A stretch of DNA of 64,000 bases. Origin: Octopus vulgaris. Taxonomy: Eukaryota. The DNA is taken from positions 15,314,001-15,378,000 of the forward strand of contig OX597834.1 in assembly GCA_951406725.2 (NCBI GenBank), given 5' to 3'. Shown here one piece after another: positions 14,082 to 28,496 of this stretch. The first letter of the stretch is position 1; every line of letters begins with the position of its first letter. The position numbers and the translations under genes were made by a program. Below the pieces are notes generated by a model, which did no database searches, was not told the origin of the DNA, and worked only from the letters and a program-made list of their open reading frames with translations.

Positions 14082-14696
14082 TATGCACATTTATGTGTGT
14101 GTTTGTGTGTGTGTGTATGTGACATGCATGTGTAATATATATTGTCATTTAGTCGACGCCGCTCCATTCATGTCATTGGCGCCTATGAATTAGCATTAGT
14201 TACTCTCTAAGCAATCGTAAACTACCCTATGCTTCTACAACAATCAATCAGTAATCTTATACATTTAATTTATGATTAATTAATCACTATTTCCTGAGAT
14301 ATAATGGAATATTTGCTTCGCTGATGAGGATATAATAAACACAAACTACATCAGGAATCGTTTCATGTGTTTTTTGGAAATATCAAAACAAAATCATTTA
14401 TTAATTATAATAACTTGTTATTTACGAAATAATTATCACTAATTACTTTTCTAATGCCTGATGCATCAGTTATGTTTTCGATGCATACACCATTAGTTTG
14501 CATGTGCAGTTTTACAAGCATCCAACATATGGCTCTGAAGTAATGTCATTTTTTAATTTCCAATACCATTTGACTCACCCACGTATCTAGATACATATAT
14601 ATATATATGCACAGATATATATATATATATCAACAAGTATATATATGTGAGTGTGTGTGTGCGTTGGGGTGGCGTGTGTGGGTGTGGGTGTGTTTG

Positions 14697-15004
14697 TGGA
14701 GGCGCAATGGCCCAGTGGTTAGGGCAAGCGGACTCGCGATCGTAGGATCGTTGTTTCGATTCCCAGACCGGGCGTTGTGAATGCTTATTGAACGAAGACA
14801 CCTAAGCCTCCACGAGGCTCCGGCAGGGGGTGGTGGCGATCCCTGCTGTACTCTTTGGCCACATTTTTCTCTCACTCTTTCTTCTGTTGGCTTGCTCTCT
14901 TAACCAGCGGGGTGGCGTCATTTGAAGGCTAAAACAATGCGAAGCACATTGTGACCAGCGATGAGTAGCAATATCTGATAGCCTGGTCGGCCACGGTGAT
15001 CGCG

Positions 15005-15010
<6 letters not shown>
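14697..15010 (+). mobile_element. SINE family C (tRNA-derived head), tail type 1
   Basis: GGCGCAATGGCCCAGTGGTTAG A-box, GTTTCGATTCC B-box; body shared with 33368 and 40250. Confidence 0.85.
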
Positions 15011-15052
<42 letters not shown>

Positions 15053-15741
15053 AAGGGTGCGCGTGTGAGTATGTGTGTGTGAGTGTGTGCATACACGCAT
15101 GTATAGCACTAAAATATAGCACATGAGAACGACGAACGAACATGTGGAAAAGAGGGGAAGAATACACAGAATCCGTGGACAGACTCGTCCCTCTTTAGTT
15201 ATCAACCAAAAATCATTACAATTTCCACACGTAATGAATAGAAAAACAGAAACGGAAAATGTGGGAGTAGAGCAATAAAACATGGAAAAAGACGGACAGT
15301 TAACTGTTGGCATAAAGGTAGAACGGGATGTAGATAGTGATAGAATGATAGATTGAGGATATTAGGGGAAATAGAGAAGGATGCGTGTGCGAAACAAGAA
15401 TTTAGGCGGTTATGAGTGAGTGAGAAGGGTAGACGAAGAAAACAACAGAATGATTAATTAATGGAAACTAGATGGGGTTGTGCATACCTATATATATATA
15501 TATGCATTAACGTAACTATATATGTGTGTATGTATGTATGCACGTATGTGCAAATGTATATGTCCGTATGCATATATGTGTGTGTGTGAGAACAGAAAAG
15601 ACATACATACATATTTATACTGATATATATGTATATATGCATATGTATGTATACATATATATGCGTGTTTATATACTACATACATATATGACTATATAGA
15701 TAGGCAGATACATAAATATGTACCATGCATATATATATATG

Positions 15742-15774
<33 letters not shown>

Positions 15775-16159
15775 TTATATATATATATGTTTATATATAT
15801 ATGTACGTATATATATGTGTGTGTGTGTGTGTTTATATATATATGTTTATATATATATGTACGTATATATATGTGTGTGTGTTTATATATATATATATAT
15901 ATATTTTTATATATATATGTACGTATATATATGTGTGTGTGTTTATATATATATGTTTATATATATATATATGTATATATATATATGTGTGTGTTTATAT
16001 ATATATATGTTTATATATATGTATATATGTATGCATATATACATATACATGTGTGTGTGTGTCTATACACAGAGAGTGAGTGTTGGAGACAAAGAAGAGT
16101 GGAGAGGGGGATACATCACGACTATTTACCAGACACAAAAAAATATTAAGGTAATAAAA

Positions 16160-16193
<34 letters not shown>

Positions 16194-16856
16194 CCAGAAA
16201 AAATTGAGTGATATAATAACTTCAAACATATTTTGCACATTTTAACGTAAATGAAATTTAACAATTATCAATTATCGAATAACATATAATTTCTGAATGT
16301 TTCATTTAGATTTAATGACATCAAATTAACTAATTTGATCAATCATACTTCGAATATTACAATACTGAGAAAGAAAAAAAATTGCGTTATATGTTTATGC
16401 TGAATTTCCTATTTATACGTATCTGCGTCTATTCGTGGTTGGCTCTGTATGAATGCATCAAAATGTCTATGTGTGTGTTGATGTATATTTATGTAATTAA
16501 AAGAAAATATTGTTTTGATTTGGGTATTTCACTGTTATATATGTAATGGAAGGAAACTGTTCAATAAACATGTCTCCATATTTGCGCATGTGAGTGTGTG
16601 TGCGTGTGTGTGAATTGTTGTTTATTTTTATGTGTGTGTGTGTATACGTGTGGAAGTGTGCGTGGGCATGAATTTATGTGTATATATATTTGTATATATA
16701 TGTATATGTATATATATATGTATATATGCATATATGTATATATATATGTATATATGCATATATGTATATATATATGTATATATGCATATATGTATATATA
16801 TGTATATATGCATATATATATATATGTATATATATATGTACATATATATATATATG

Positions 16857-16915
<59 letters not shown>

Positions 16916-17289
16916 GCATGTTTATGTATCCAAAATATATTGTTATATTTACATAACGTATATACATATGAAATATGTGTCCGTATGTTTATATGTATAT
17001 ATACATATATATATATACATATATATACATATACATATATATATATACACGTATATATTGGGCAGAATTTTCATTTTGCACACATGCAATTATGACTACT
17101 CTTTCTGAAATGCGTGTCAGAAATTCAGCCAGCAAATCACATTATAGAGTTGATTTCTTCAATAAAATTTTGGAAATTTTACCTAATTAATAAATTAACA
17201 AATCAATACCATCGGGTCGGTGAAGGTGCCAGACATATGGAAGATATATATTATTTTAAATATCTTTGTCTGTATATACATATATGAGC

Positions 17290-17578
17290 CTTGCACTCCG
17301 TCTGTTACGACGGCGATGGTTCTACTTGAGCCGATCAACAGAACAGCTAGTGGCTCAGCACTTCGCAGACACGTGTGCCCTTAACGTAGTCCTTATGGAG
17401 ATTTTGTGGGACACGATGTAACAAGGCTGAGACCTTTCAACTCATTTTGCTATCTTAGTGGACTGGAGCTATGTGAAATAATGTGTCTTGTTCGAGGACA
17501 CAACACGCCGTCGGGAATCGAACTTAGGACCTTATGATCTCGAGCTGATTACCATAACTACCAGGCCTCACACCTTTA
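17290..17578 (-). mobile_element. SINE family D, diverged
   Basis: Reverse complement has GTTCGATTCCC, GTGTCCTCGAACAAGACAC and CTACGTTAAGGGCACACGTGTCTG. Confidence 0.7.
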
Positions 17579-18199
17579 CATATATATATTTACCCTCTCT
17601 ATAATGTTATCAATTAATATGAAAATATGTGTTAATGGATAACCTCTATAACTGACTAATGATTGCTCAACATTTTAAAACTGCTGTAATACTTATAATG
17701 TTTAACAAAATGATGTAGCGTGAAACGATCGTACCAAATTACCGAAGATATTCATGTTGTTGACCACTTGATAATATCGATAATTAAATTAACGATTTTA
17801 TCCTTATTTATATATATATATAACGTATGTATATACATGATGGCTGAAAACTCGAATCCTAGTATTGCTATCGGCTGATCGAAACCCCCGACACATACGA
17901 AGGCTATGACCAGCCATTTTTGTTATAGGTCTTACTTTTTTTTTTAAGCGATGCCTGTGCATGATGATTTTTTATGGAGGGGAAATGATTTGCACAAATC
18001 AAATCCGACATCTACATCATTGAATATTGTCAGTGTAGCAGGTTTTCTCTCGGAGGTTCCCTCTCCTAAAGAGATTTTGTGACAACAAAGGAGCCACCCA
18101 CTCCGAGTGGGCTACACGCATCAACCCAGGAATTTCCAAGATGTAAAGATCGGGAAGAAGTGTGTCTATGCTTGTTGTCCAGTCTCATAAGTTTCACTC

Positions 18200-18815
18200 C
18201 CGACCACATGGTTCCGGGTTCAGTCCCACTGCGTAGCACCTTGGGCAAGTGTCTTCTGCTATAGCCTCGGGCCGATTGAAGCCTTGTCAGTGTATTTGGT
18301 AGACGAAAACTGAAATAATCCCGTCGTATATACATACATATATGTGTGTGTGTGTGTGTGTTTGTGTGTGTGTTGGTTTGTCACCCACCGCCACTTGACA
18401 ACTGGTATTGGTATGTTTACAGGCGGCAAGCTGGCAGAAACGTTAGCACGCAGGGCGAAATGCGTAGCCGTATTTCGTCTGTCGTTACGTTGTGAGTTCA
18501 AATTCCGCCGAGGTCGACTTTGCCTTTCATCCTTTCGGGGTCGATAAATTAAGTACCAGTTACGCAATGGGGTCAATGTAATCGACTTAATACCTATGTC
18601 TGTCCTTGTTTGTCCCCTCTGTGTTTAGCCCCTTGTGGGTAATAAAGAAATAGGTATTAGTATGTTTACGTCACCGTAACTTAGCGGTTCAGAAAGAGAA
18701 ACCGAATATGTATCAGGCTTTAAAAAATACTGCGATCGTCTCATTCAACTAAAACGCTCTTCAAGGCGCTGCTTCAGTATGGCCGCATTCTAATGATTAA
18801 AACAATTAAAAGACG
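18200..18815 (+). mobile_element. SINE family A, diverged, interrupted by a family B insertion
   Basis: Family A sequence stops at 18420 and resumes at 18653. Confidence 0.85.
18421..18652 (+). mobile_element. SINE family B, Tx1-like tail, 17-bp TSD
   Basis: TSD GGTATT(G/A)GTATGTTTAC at 18404-18420 / 18653-18669. Confidence 0.93.
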
Positions 18816-19204
18816 CAGGATTAAAGAAAGTACATCTTAGTCTATATTATCTACCGTGTTCTCTATTTCTTTGAAGAAGAAAGGTTTCGATTCAAGATAG
18901 ATGTAACTGTTCCTTCTAGCAGGTTTAAATCAAGAGCCATGTTGTAATCAAAAGATATTCCCCTGCTGTTTCTAGAAGAAAGGTTTCGATTCAAGATTGA
19001 AGTAGCTGCCCTTTCAAGAGCCAAGTTGAAAGCAAGAGATCTTTCCACTGCTATTTCTAGAACTATGAGCGGCCATGTAGTGGTCACCTGGCTAGCTGAT
19101 TCAGGTATATAATACAATGATAGGCTATTCATGACAAATGTGAACCATAATATTTGCATGCATATTCTGTCTAGAACAACCTTTCTCAATGTGTCCATCT
19201 ACTC

Positions 19205-19405
19205 GTTTCTTTTTACTTGTTTCAGTCATTTGACTGCGGCCATGCTGGAGCATCGCCTTTAGTCGAGCAAATCGACACCAGGACTTATTCTTTGTAAGCC
19301 TAGTACTTATTCTATCGGTTTCTTTTGCCGAACCGCTAAGTGACGGGGACGCAAACACACCAGCATCGGTTGTCAAGTGATATTGGGGGGACAAACACAG
19401 ACACA

Positions 19406-19487
<82 letters not shown>

Positions 19488-19648
19488 TATATACGACAGG
19501 CTTCTTTCAGTTTCCATCTACCAAATCCACTCACAACGCTTTGGTCGGCCCGAGGCTATAGTAGAAGACACTTGCCCAAGGTGCCACGCAGTGGGACTGA
19601 ACCCGGAACCATGTGGTTGGTAAGCAAGCTACTTACCACACAGCCACT
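19205..19648 (-). mobile_element. SINE family A
   Basis: Near full-length match to the other copies. Confidence 0.9.
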
Positions 19649-20556
19649 TATTTTTTTCTTTTTTAGGTTTGATTTTATGGAGATATATCTACTATTTCTA
19701 GAAAGCTCCTTAGTTCACTCGGCGGATCATTATTGTATTTCTTGTCATGTCTTGCTAGATATAAACGGGAAAATGAATGCTGTTGATAGTATAATATATT
19801 CTTATTTATCTCTAAATCGGCCCTAATCAAGAAGTCGAGAAGATTAACCTAAGACGCCTCATCTGTAACCAACACGTCTTCTTTTCAGATGTAGTGTCGC
19901 TAGGATCGCATTCTCCAAAGCATTCGTCGTTTAGATACAAGTGTAGTTTAAGACATACTTTTGCTGAATATTTTCCTAATATTTTTTGGCAAGTTGAGCG
20001 AATATGTAAGACGTTCTCCTAATGCTTCGAGAGAGAAAAATTGTCAAGTGTGGACGCAAAGAAATTTAGCAAGAATTTAAGCAACACAGATAAACCGAAT
20101 GACAGCAGACGATATTTCATAGCGTAAAAGCTATAAATTATTCATCCGTTCGGGCAATATGACCTCTTCAAAATAATTATATAACAATCAGTCGAGTGCA
20201 AACACACTTACTGCAAAAAATTACCGGCAGAAACAAAAAATATTCATGAACGAAGCGACGGGTAACATTTAATAAAAATATTAGAAATTCAATGTGGATT
20301 TGTTTTCTTAAACTTATTAAACTTATTAATAGGAAAATATGTATGAAAAAAACAATTAAAATAATGTAAATTAATTCAGAATACGGTGAACCGAAAACAA
20401 TAAAAATGGCGGAATAATTTTCAAAAATATCGATATTTATTTAATAGAAATATGTTTTAGTTTTTTTGTTTTAATAATTTATTAATTCTGAAAACAAATA
20501 ATGCAAAATATCGAATATTAGTATGCATGAGTGTTCCTGCGTCCATATCGGTATGC

Positions 20557-20617
<61 letters not shown>

Positions 20618-20882
20618 AACATATGAAACGTACATCAATATATATATATGTACATATATATATATATATACGTACATATATATATATATGTATGTGCAAA
20701 CATATGAAACGTACATCATTATATATGTACATATATATATGTATACATACATATATATACATATATATATATGTATACATACATATATACATACATGTAT
20801 ATAAAAATATATATGGAGAGAGAGAATGAAATATTTATACATAATAATAATTCTAAACTCTAAATATTGTTTGTGCCAATAA

Positions 20883-20915
<33 letters not shown>

Positions 20916-21060
20916 TAACAAATTACAAAACCCTTTCAATTATTGAATACTTCTTTATATTTAGAGATATTTCTAATGAAATTCTGTTACTTCATTCTGA
21001 AAACAGGATTTATTTAAAGTGAATTATTTTCTTCGCAAAATCCCTATAAGTGCCACACAA

Positions 21061-21092
<32 letters not shown>

Positions 21093-22014
21093 GTGTGTGT
21101 GTATATGTACATATGTCGCACATTCATATATGCATGCATAAATACACATACATAGAAATATATATATATATGAATGAGAAGACGTATAAGGACATTTCGA
21201 CTGTGCATCATACTAAATGTAAATACACCACGAAAGGCAAATTCACTCCGTGTTCTTTGGGAAATAATATCTCTCATACCTGCTGTTTTTAAAGGCACGA
21301 TCTGCAAATGAGGAAAACGAAAATCCTTCAGAATACACCTATGAGAGCTCCACATAAAGTTTTCGTTCGTACTTACATACAATCACATGCTCAGAAGAAA
21401 TTTCACGATATATTTAGATTAAGTATGATATACAGATGCCTATTTTTAACAAATGTTTATTTTCTGCCATACAACAGAATTTTGTTCAGCCCGGAGGCTA
21501 GTCGCAACATTGGCGATTGTTTAGAATATGCTTCCTATAACTGTGGCGAAAAATTTCATCCAAGCACAGCTTTGAGATAAAATATTATATGATATTAAAT
21601 TATATTATATTGTATTACATTATATTATTTTATAATAATTCTCCTTGTCATCACGCTACTTAGCCCTTCGGTAACGTTTTCACGAGATTATAAAAAAAGG
21701 CAAGAGAGAAAAGAGGGAGAGAGAAAAAGTTAAGTTGAAGAGGGAGGCAAAAGAGAGAAAAAATGACAGAGAGAGAAGCATTCATGAAGGGTTGGTGTGG
21801 GGAACTTAATACTTATTATGGATTTAAAATGTTAGTTGAGGTAGTGATATAGAGGAGAGTTAAAAATATAATTTTAGCAGAGGGGTGATGTTCTGATGGT
21901 GAAATTAAAGAAAGACACAGAGAAAGGGGAGGGAGAGATGGTGTCGGTGGTGGTGGTGGTTACATTTGTTGTGGAGGTGGCGATGGTGGACGCATGCGCA
22001 TCCCAAACTTAGAA

Positions 22015-22172
22015 AGAAATCAGTTTTCCTGTCATATACAATGACAATCAAAACATGCCAGGGGCAGACATTTGATAAAGAAGGGCTGTTCTTGCCTGAA
22101 CCTGTATTCAGCCATGGTCAGCTATTTGTTGCACTCTCAAGGGTTCAAAAATTATTTGATGTGAGAGTTTGA
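22015..22172 (+). pseudogene. Helitron PIF1-type helicase C-terminal relic
   Basis: MTIKTCQGQTFDK..LFLPEPVFSHGQLFVALSRV matches Helitron helicase motifs (TINKSQGQT / FSHGQLYVALSR). Confidence 0.85.
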
Positions 22173-22549
22173 GTTATCAGCACTGGCCGACAAACAAGTG
22201 TAAAGAAGAGGTAGCACTTACACGAAGAACGTAGACGGCAAAGAAGTAGTGGATTGAAAGGTGTACGCAAATTGAAATGTGTATTGGCTCTGACCCATCG
22301 CCTTGATTTATAAGTTACCAGCGACGTGGTTTTCATAATATACCATGTTACATTAAACTTTTAACCCCGCGAAGCTATGACCCCTATATTTTGCATGTAA
22401 ATTTTGTTTTCTAGATATGAAATTGTGACCATGTAAATTTTAAAATGTAATTTGTTTCTGCTTATGGGGGAAATGGAAAAATAAAAGTGAATATTTATTT
22501 TATGAATGCTGTGTATTAAGTCTGTCAAATTATGCATAAAGTATATAAA

Positions 22550-22595
<46 letters not shown>

Positions 22596-22727
22596 ATGTA
22601 TGTATGTATATAAACATTATTAAGTATTCCAATATCCTTCACTTTCAGCGAATAGCTGTGACCGCGTGTGTACCGTTGGCGATTTTTTCCTCCGTCTTCC
22701 CTTCTCTGGTTCTTTCCTTTTCCTATA

Positions 22728-22760
22728 TTTCTGACGAAGAGATCCGCTCGAAACGTTAAA
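22728..22760 (+). ncRNA. Candidate minimal hammerhead ribozyme within a ~210 bp repeat (22655-22862)
   Basis: TTT-CTGACGA-A-GAG-ATCCG-CTC-GAAACGTT-AAA with palindromic AACGTT stem III. Related copies at 61258-61385, ~3645-3785 and ~4177-4315. Confidence 0.55.
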
Positions 22761-22857
22761 CCCTCCTTCTTCCCTTCCTTCCTGAGCCTCCAATAATACT
22801 ATATTTGTTCCATGTCCTCGCGTTATTGTGTTTTCTCTTTGTGTTTTCATTTTGGAT

Positions 22858-22861
<4 letters not shown>

Positions 22862-22916
<55 letters not shown>

Positions 22917-23153
22917 TTACACACACACATATATATATATATATATATTTATTTACACACACACATATATATATATATATATATTTATTTACACACACAC
23001 ATATATATATATATATATATTTATTTACACACACACATATATATATATATATATTTTTTATTTATATATATATATATATATTTATTTACACACATATATA
23101 TATATATATATATATTTACACACACACATATATATATATATATATATTTATTT

Positions 23154-23189
<36 letters not shown>

Positions 23190-23290
23190 TTATTTACACA
23201 CACACACATATATATATATATATATTTATTTACACACACACACATATATATATATATATATTTATTTACACACACACACATATATATATA
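22862..23290. repeat. Compound minisatellite (TA)n-TTTATTTA-(CA)n
   Basis: About 11 units of ~32-40 bp. Confidence 0.85.
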
Positions 23291-23484
23291 CCCACATTCA
23301 TCTGTATGCGTATTAACGGGTTTCATTATTTCCATTGGTCGAAGTTCCACAAATGTAAGTTTGCATGTCCAAGTCTTCTGCAGATATTTGGGCGGGGGCT
23401 GAGAATAATGGCAGAAAATTCATAGCTTCCGATTGGACCGTGTAGGGAAACTCCAGTGGTCTATTTATACTAAAGAGGAAATTA

Positions 23485-23716
23485 AGGCGGCGAGATGGCA
23501 GAAACGTTAGCGCGCCGGGCGAAATGCTTAGCGGTATTTCGCCCGTCGTTACGTTGTGAGTTCAAATTCCGCCGAGGTCGACTTTGCCTTTCATCCTTTC
23601 AGGGTCGATAAATAAAGTAGCAATTTCGCACTCGGGTCGATGTAATCGACTTAATCCCTTTATCTCTCCTTGTTTGTCCCCTCTGTGTTTAGCCCCTTGT
23701 GGGTAGTAAAGAAATA
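23485..23716 (+). mobile_element. SINE family B, Tx1-like tail, 16-bp TSD
   Basis: TSD TATACTAAAGAGGAAA at 23466-23481 / 23717-23732. Confidence 0.92.
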
Positions 23717-24089
23717 TATACTAAAGAGGAAAGACGAACGACACTAAATATTCTTGTTGTTTCACGTGTTGGAACGAACAGCATCATTTGGTTTTCCACC
23801 TTTAGAACCTGAGAGATCAGTAATATCAGGTGAAAATGTATAGTTGCTGCTACTATACCGCTTGACAAGGCAAACAGCTTAGTGATAACTTTTTTCATTT
23901 TTATGAGGCCTATTTGAAATGAGAATGAGCGCTGCTGACGGACGCAAATGAAATATCCTTACTATAACCTAGCAAGGTTCCTCTAACCAGCATTTGCATA
24001 TAGGCAAAATAAAATAGAAATAACCTTGTCAATGACATTTTCCTTGTATATCTGCAAACTATATTACGCTATATATTCTTTGCTCGAAA

Positions 24090-24448
24090 GGCGGCGAGCT
24101 GGAGCACCGCCTTTAGTCGAGCAACACGACCCCGGGACTTATTCTTTGGAAGCCCAGTACTTATTCTATCGGTCTCTTTTGCCGAACCGCTAAGTGACTG
24201 GGATGTAAATACACCAGCATCGGTTATCAAGCAATGCTAGGGGGACAAACACAGACACACAAACACACACACACATACATATATACGACAGGCTTCTTTC
24301 AGTTTCCGTCTACCAAATCCACTCACAAGGCATTGGCCGGCCTGAGGCTATAGCAGAAGACACTTGCCCAAGATGCCACGCAGTGGGACTGAACCCGGAA
24401 CCATGTGGTTGGTTAGCAAGCTACTTACTACACAGCCACTCCTGCGCC
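24090..24448 (-). mobile_element. SINE family A with chimeric end and 45-bp flanking duplication
   Basis: Normal tail replaced by GGCGGCGAGCTGG (family B head, opposite strand). Direct repeat at 24045-24089 / 24449-24493. Confidence 0.85.
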
Positions 24449-24789
24449 TGTATATCTGCAAACTATCTTACGCTATATATTCTTTGCTCGAAAATATAAT
24501 GAACGATGAAGGATTACAAGAATATTTTTTTCCTCTATATGATCACACGTTGTGACAAAAGAAAAACTCACCAAACTAATTAATAATCAATATACAAATT
24601 ATTTTACAAATTATCCAATTACTTCAATTAAACTATTTACGTGCGTGTGTTTTTATCGATAACGTAAGCTAGTAAAAAACACATCTTTTCATGAACTGAG
24701 AAAGTTGTGAAACAAATAGACAAGGGATATGTGCAAATAAGAAACAAACTTTAGACCAGGTTCAAGTAGGTTCGGGAGATATTTGAATC

Positions 24790-25007
24790 TTTCTCTTTCT
24801 CTTTCTCTTTTACTTGTTCCAGTCATTTGACTGCGGCCATGCTGGAGCACCGCCTTTAGTCGAGCAAATCGACACCCAGGACTTATTCTTTGGAAGCCTA
24901 TGACTTATTCTATCGGTCTCGTTTGCCGAACCGCTAAGTTACGGGGACGTAAATACACCAGCATCGGTTGTCAAGCGATGTTGGGGGGGGGGACAAACAC
25001 AGACATA

Positions 25008-25046
<39 letters not shown>

Positions 25047-25078
25047 GTATATATACATATATACGACGGGCTTTCAAT
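24790..25078 (-). mobile_element. SINE family A, 3' half
   Basis: Tail (AAAAGAG)n, core and internal microsatellite; head missing. Confidence 0.82.
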
Positions 25079-25161
25079 TCCCGGACATCTTAGTGGTCAT
25101 CCCTTATTATATATATATATTTCACATATCTAGCATATATATATATATATATATATATATA

Positions 25162-25226
25162 TCTGAAAGAAGCGGCCCAGGATAGAACTGACTGGAGGAC
25201 ACTGATCCAACGAGTGACCGAGAGTC
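25162..25226 (+). mobile_element. RTE-clade LINE extreme 3' fragment
   Basis: LKEAAQDRTDWRTLIQRVTESQLRLSG resembles the RTE/BovB ORF C-terminus; embedded in (TA)n. Confidence 0.6.
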
Positions 25227-25329
25227 AACTTCGACTGAGCGGATATATAGATATATATATATATTATACATATGTATTTTTTTATACACATATATATATA
25301 TTATTTATACATATATATTATATATACAT

Positions 25330-25722
25330 TACTTCACTTTGATCACTTTGACCGTCCAGTCCGTCAGGCGTCCATTTGACACCGCTGGCCACAGCACGCT
25401 GGATCTCTGGATCGCGCCTTTCTCATCCACGCGATTCCAATCGTTCTCTTGAAATCGTCACCCCACCGTCGTGGAGGTCTTCCGGGTGGTCTTTTCCGCT
25501 CACGCGGGTACCACTCGGTAATTACGTGCGTCCACTTATCATCGGTGAGCCGGGCGACGTGTCCAGCCCATCTATACTTGCTGCGAGTATACTCTGCGAT
25601 GACATCTCTCACGCCGGACTTCTTTCTCATGATCTTGTTATTTATGTGTTCTCTCAACGAGATACCAAGCATTGACCTTTACATGGCTCTTTGAGCCGTT
25701 ACCAGTCTTTGCTCTTCTCTAC
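25330..25722 (-). mobile_element. 5'-truncated RTE-clade LINE (ORF C-terminus and 3' tail)
   Basis: MLGISLREHI..RWAGHVAR..EWYPRERKRPPGRPPRRW; tail of (TCAAAGTGA) repeats. Confidence 0.88.
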
Positions 25723-25764
25723 ATAGTATATTATATATATATTATATAAATTATATATAAATAG

Positions 25765-25805
<41 letters not shown>

Positions 25806-25842
25806 TATAGTATATTATATATAGACCATATAAATCGTGTAT

Positions 25843-25875
<33 letters not shown>

Positions 25876-25911
25876 AGTATATTATATATAGACCATATAA
25901 ATCGTGTATTA

Positions 25912-25946
<35 letters not shown>

Positions 25947-25981
25947 GTATATTATATATAGACCATATAAATCGTGTATTA

Positions 25982-26022
<41 letters not shown>

Positions 26023-26052
26023 AGTATATTATATATAGATCATATAAATATG

Positions 26053-26103
<51 letters not shown>

Positions 26104-26140
26104 TATATATAGATCATATAAATAGTGTATTATATATATA

Positions 26141-26199
<59 letters not shown>

Positions 26200-26222
26200 T
26201 CATAAAATATATTATATATATA

Positions 26223-26263
<41 letters not shown>

Positions 26264-26395
26264 TATATTATATATATATATAAATAGTGTATTATATATA
26301 TATATTATATATACATAATATATTATATATATATATTATATTATATATATATATATATATCATATTATTTTATATTATATATATATATATAGATA
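25722..26395. repeat. TA-rich minisatellite/microsatellite block
   Basis: Recurrent TAGTATATTATATATAGA(C/T)CATATAAAT units within (TA)n. Confidence 0.8.
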
Positions 26396-28432
26396 GATGT
26401 TATGACCTACTAGAATATTATTAATGTCACCGCACACCTTTCCTCTCTCCTCTTAACCACAGATGCATCTTCAGCCACGAAAATCAATATTATTATTCAG
26501 AATATTAATACATTTGCTTTGTATTCTTTGCTTGTTGCTTATTTGTCATGTTTTTGCTTTTGCTTTTGAAATTCTGTTTAAACTAAGCGGATTAAACTCC
26601 GCTTTTACTCTTCTAAACGCTTCTAGAACTTTCTTGTTTCCATTGAATCTAAATAAATTAGATTTAGATTTTTTTTTAATACTTAAAACTCTTTCTGATA
26701 TCTGAGGCATTTATGAGGTTATTTCTCCGTTTGTTTGTTTTGTTTGTTTCTTTCTTTGTTTCTTTGTGTTGTTTGTTTTCTTTGTTGCTTTTAATTATAG
26801 TTTATTACTTTTATTTATTATTACTACAGTCAATATTATTATTGCTAACAATAACAACATGAACACTCCTACAAATAATAATGAGGAGAGCGACGTCGCT
26901 TATGATAATAATAAGAATAATAATGATGATGATGATGATGATGATAAGATTGATAATAATAACAGCATTAATAACAACAACGATAATGATGATGATAATA
27001 ATACTAATAATAATGATGATGATAATAATACTAATAATAATAATGATGATGATGATAATAATACTAATAATAATAATCATAAGTAGAAGAAACAAATAAA
27101 CAAAACAATGTTGGTGATGATGATGATGATGATGATGATGACAACTACGACAACGATTATGATGACGACGGCGATGATTATGTTAACAACAACAACATCA
27201 ATAATGATGATGATAGCAACAACTACAACAATAATAATAATAATAATAATGAATTCTAAGAATTAAATTTCTATTTCTTCAAGAATCGTTCTCGAATATT
27301 TAATTCGGTTTAGTAGTATAATATAATTTGGAGTAATGCATCTTCAGCAAACGGCTTTTAAAATTTTATTACAAAACTAGATTAGAAAAATATTTTCGAG
27401 AAATAAATTGACATTTTAAATTTATTTTTAGTTTCTTTTTATTTGTATCTTTTACCAAAACTAATCAAACAGCCACGTTTGGTTGAGGTGAGTTAATATG
27501 GATTCTGATTTTCAACCAATACTTCGACCGTTTGAAATGATTTTCAATGGTTTCTGTGTTATCTTAAGCAAAGGACGTCAACAGCATATATCGTTCAGGA
27601 CAAATACCATTAGATAAGTCAGATATGGGAGTTGAGGTCTTCTCTGTGGTGGTATGGTCAGGAAGAGGAAATGGCTGTATATTGTGTGTGTATGTGGGGG
27701 GGGGTCTGTGTTAATGTTTCCCTTTAGGTTCAGTTATGACGAAAGCAATTTTACATTAATCTGTTGGGTTTCTTTATACTTTTGTAGAGCAAAATTATAT
27801 TATTCGTATACAAGAATATTATTGAGTGTGAATTCGAAGTTTCGGCCACGTAAGCTAACGACACCTACATATACATATATATATATATATATATATAGAA
27901 AATAAGACAAGGTAGAAAATGCTAAACTAATTTTAACATGAAGTACCCTCTGTGTGAAAAGTCTGGCTGCATCCGAAAAAATATATATTATGCAACAAAA
28001 ATAAACACAAAATTTATTACACGAATTTGTTACCACCACGACATTTTAGTACCGGTTTCTGTCTTTTTAACTAAATGTAAAATAAGAAAAACAATTAAAT
28101 TCGAGAAAAAATATGAAGTGAAATGTTTTGTAAATATTTCCATAGTCTTTAAATAGTTTCTCTCGGTTCCTTTGTGAATGGTTGATAGGTAGGTAGTAGT
28201 AAATCTGAAGAAATAGTTTTGAGTACAGACAATTGATGTATTAAGCACGAGCAGCCGTGGGATCAACAATTTTTTCTCTATCTGCTTTTCCCTTTTTCTC
28301 TCCTTTTCTCTCTCTCATCCATTTCTGTGGAAACGACAAGGAGTTTTCCATTCTTTCCGACCATCAAACTAATACACATGCTTGTTCTTCCCTAACCTGT
28401 CTTTGTGTTTAATTTTCTGTACATTTAAACCA

Positions 28433-28496
<64 letters not shown>

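Noticed and set aside
14697-14775. tRNA gene call for SINE heads (also 33368, 5905, family A/B heads)
   Set aside because: A/B boxes are present, but I see no complete cloverleaf or acceptor stem, and each continues into a repeat body.
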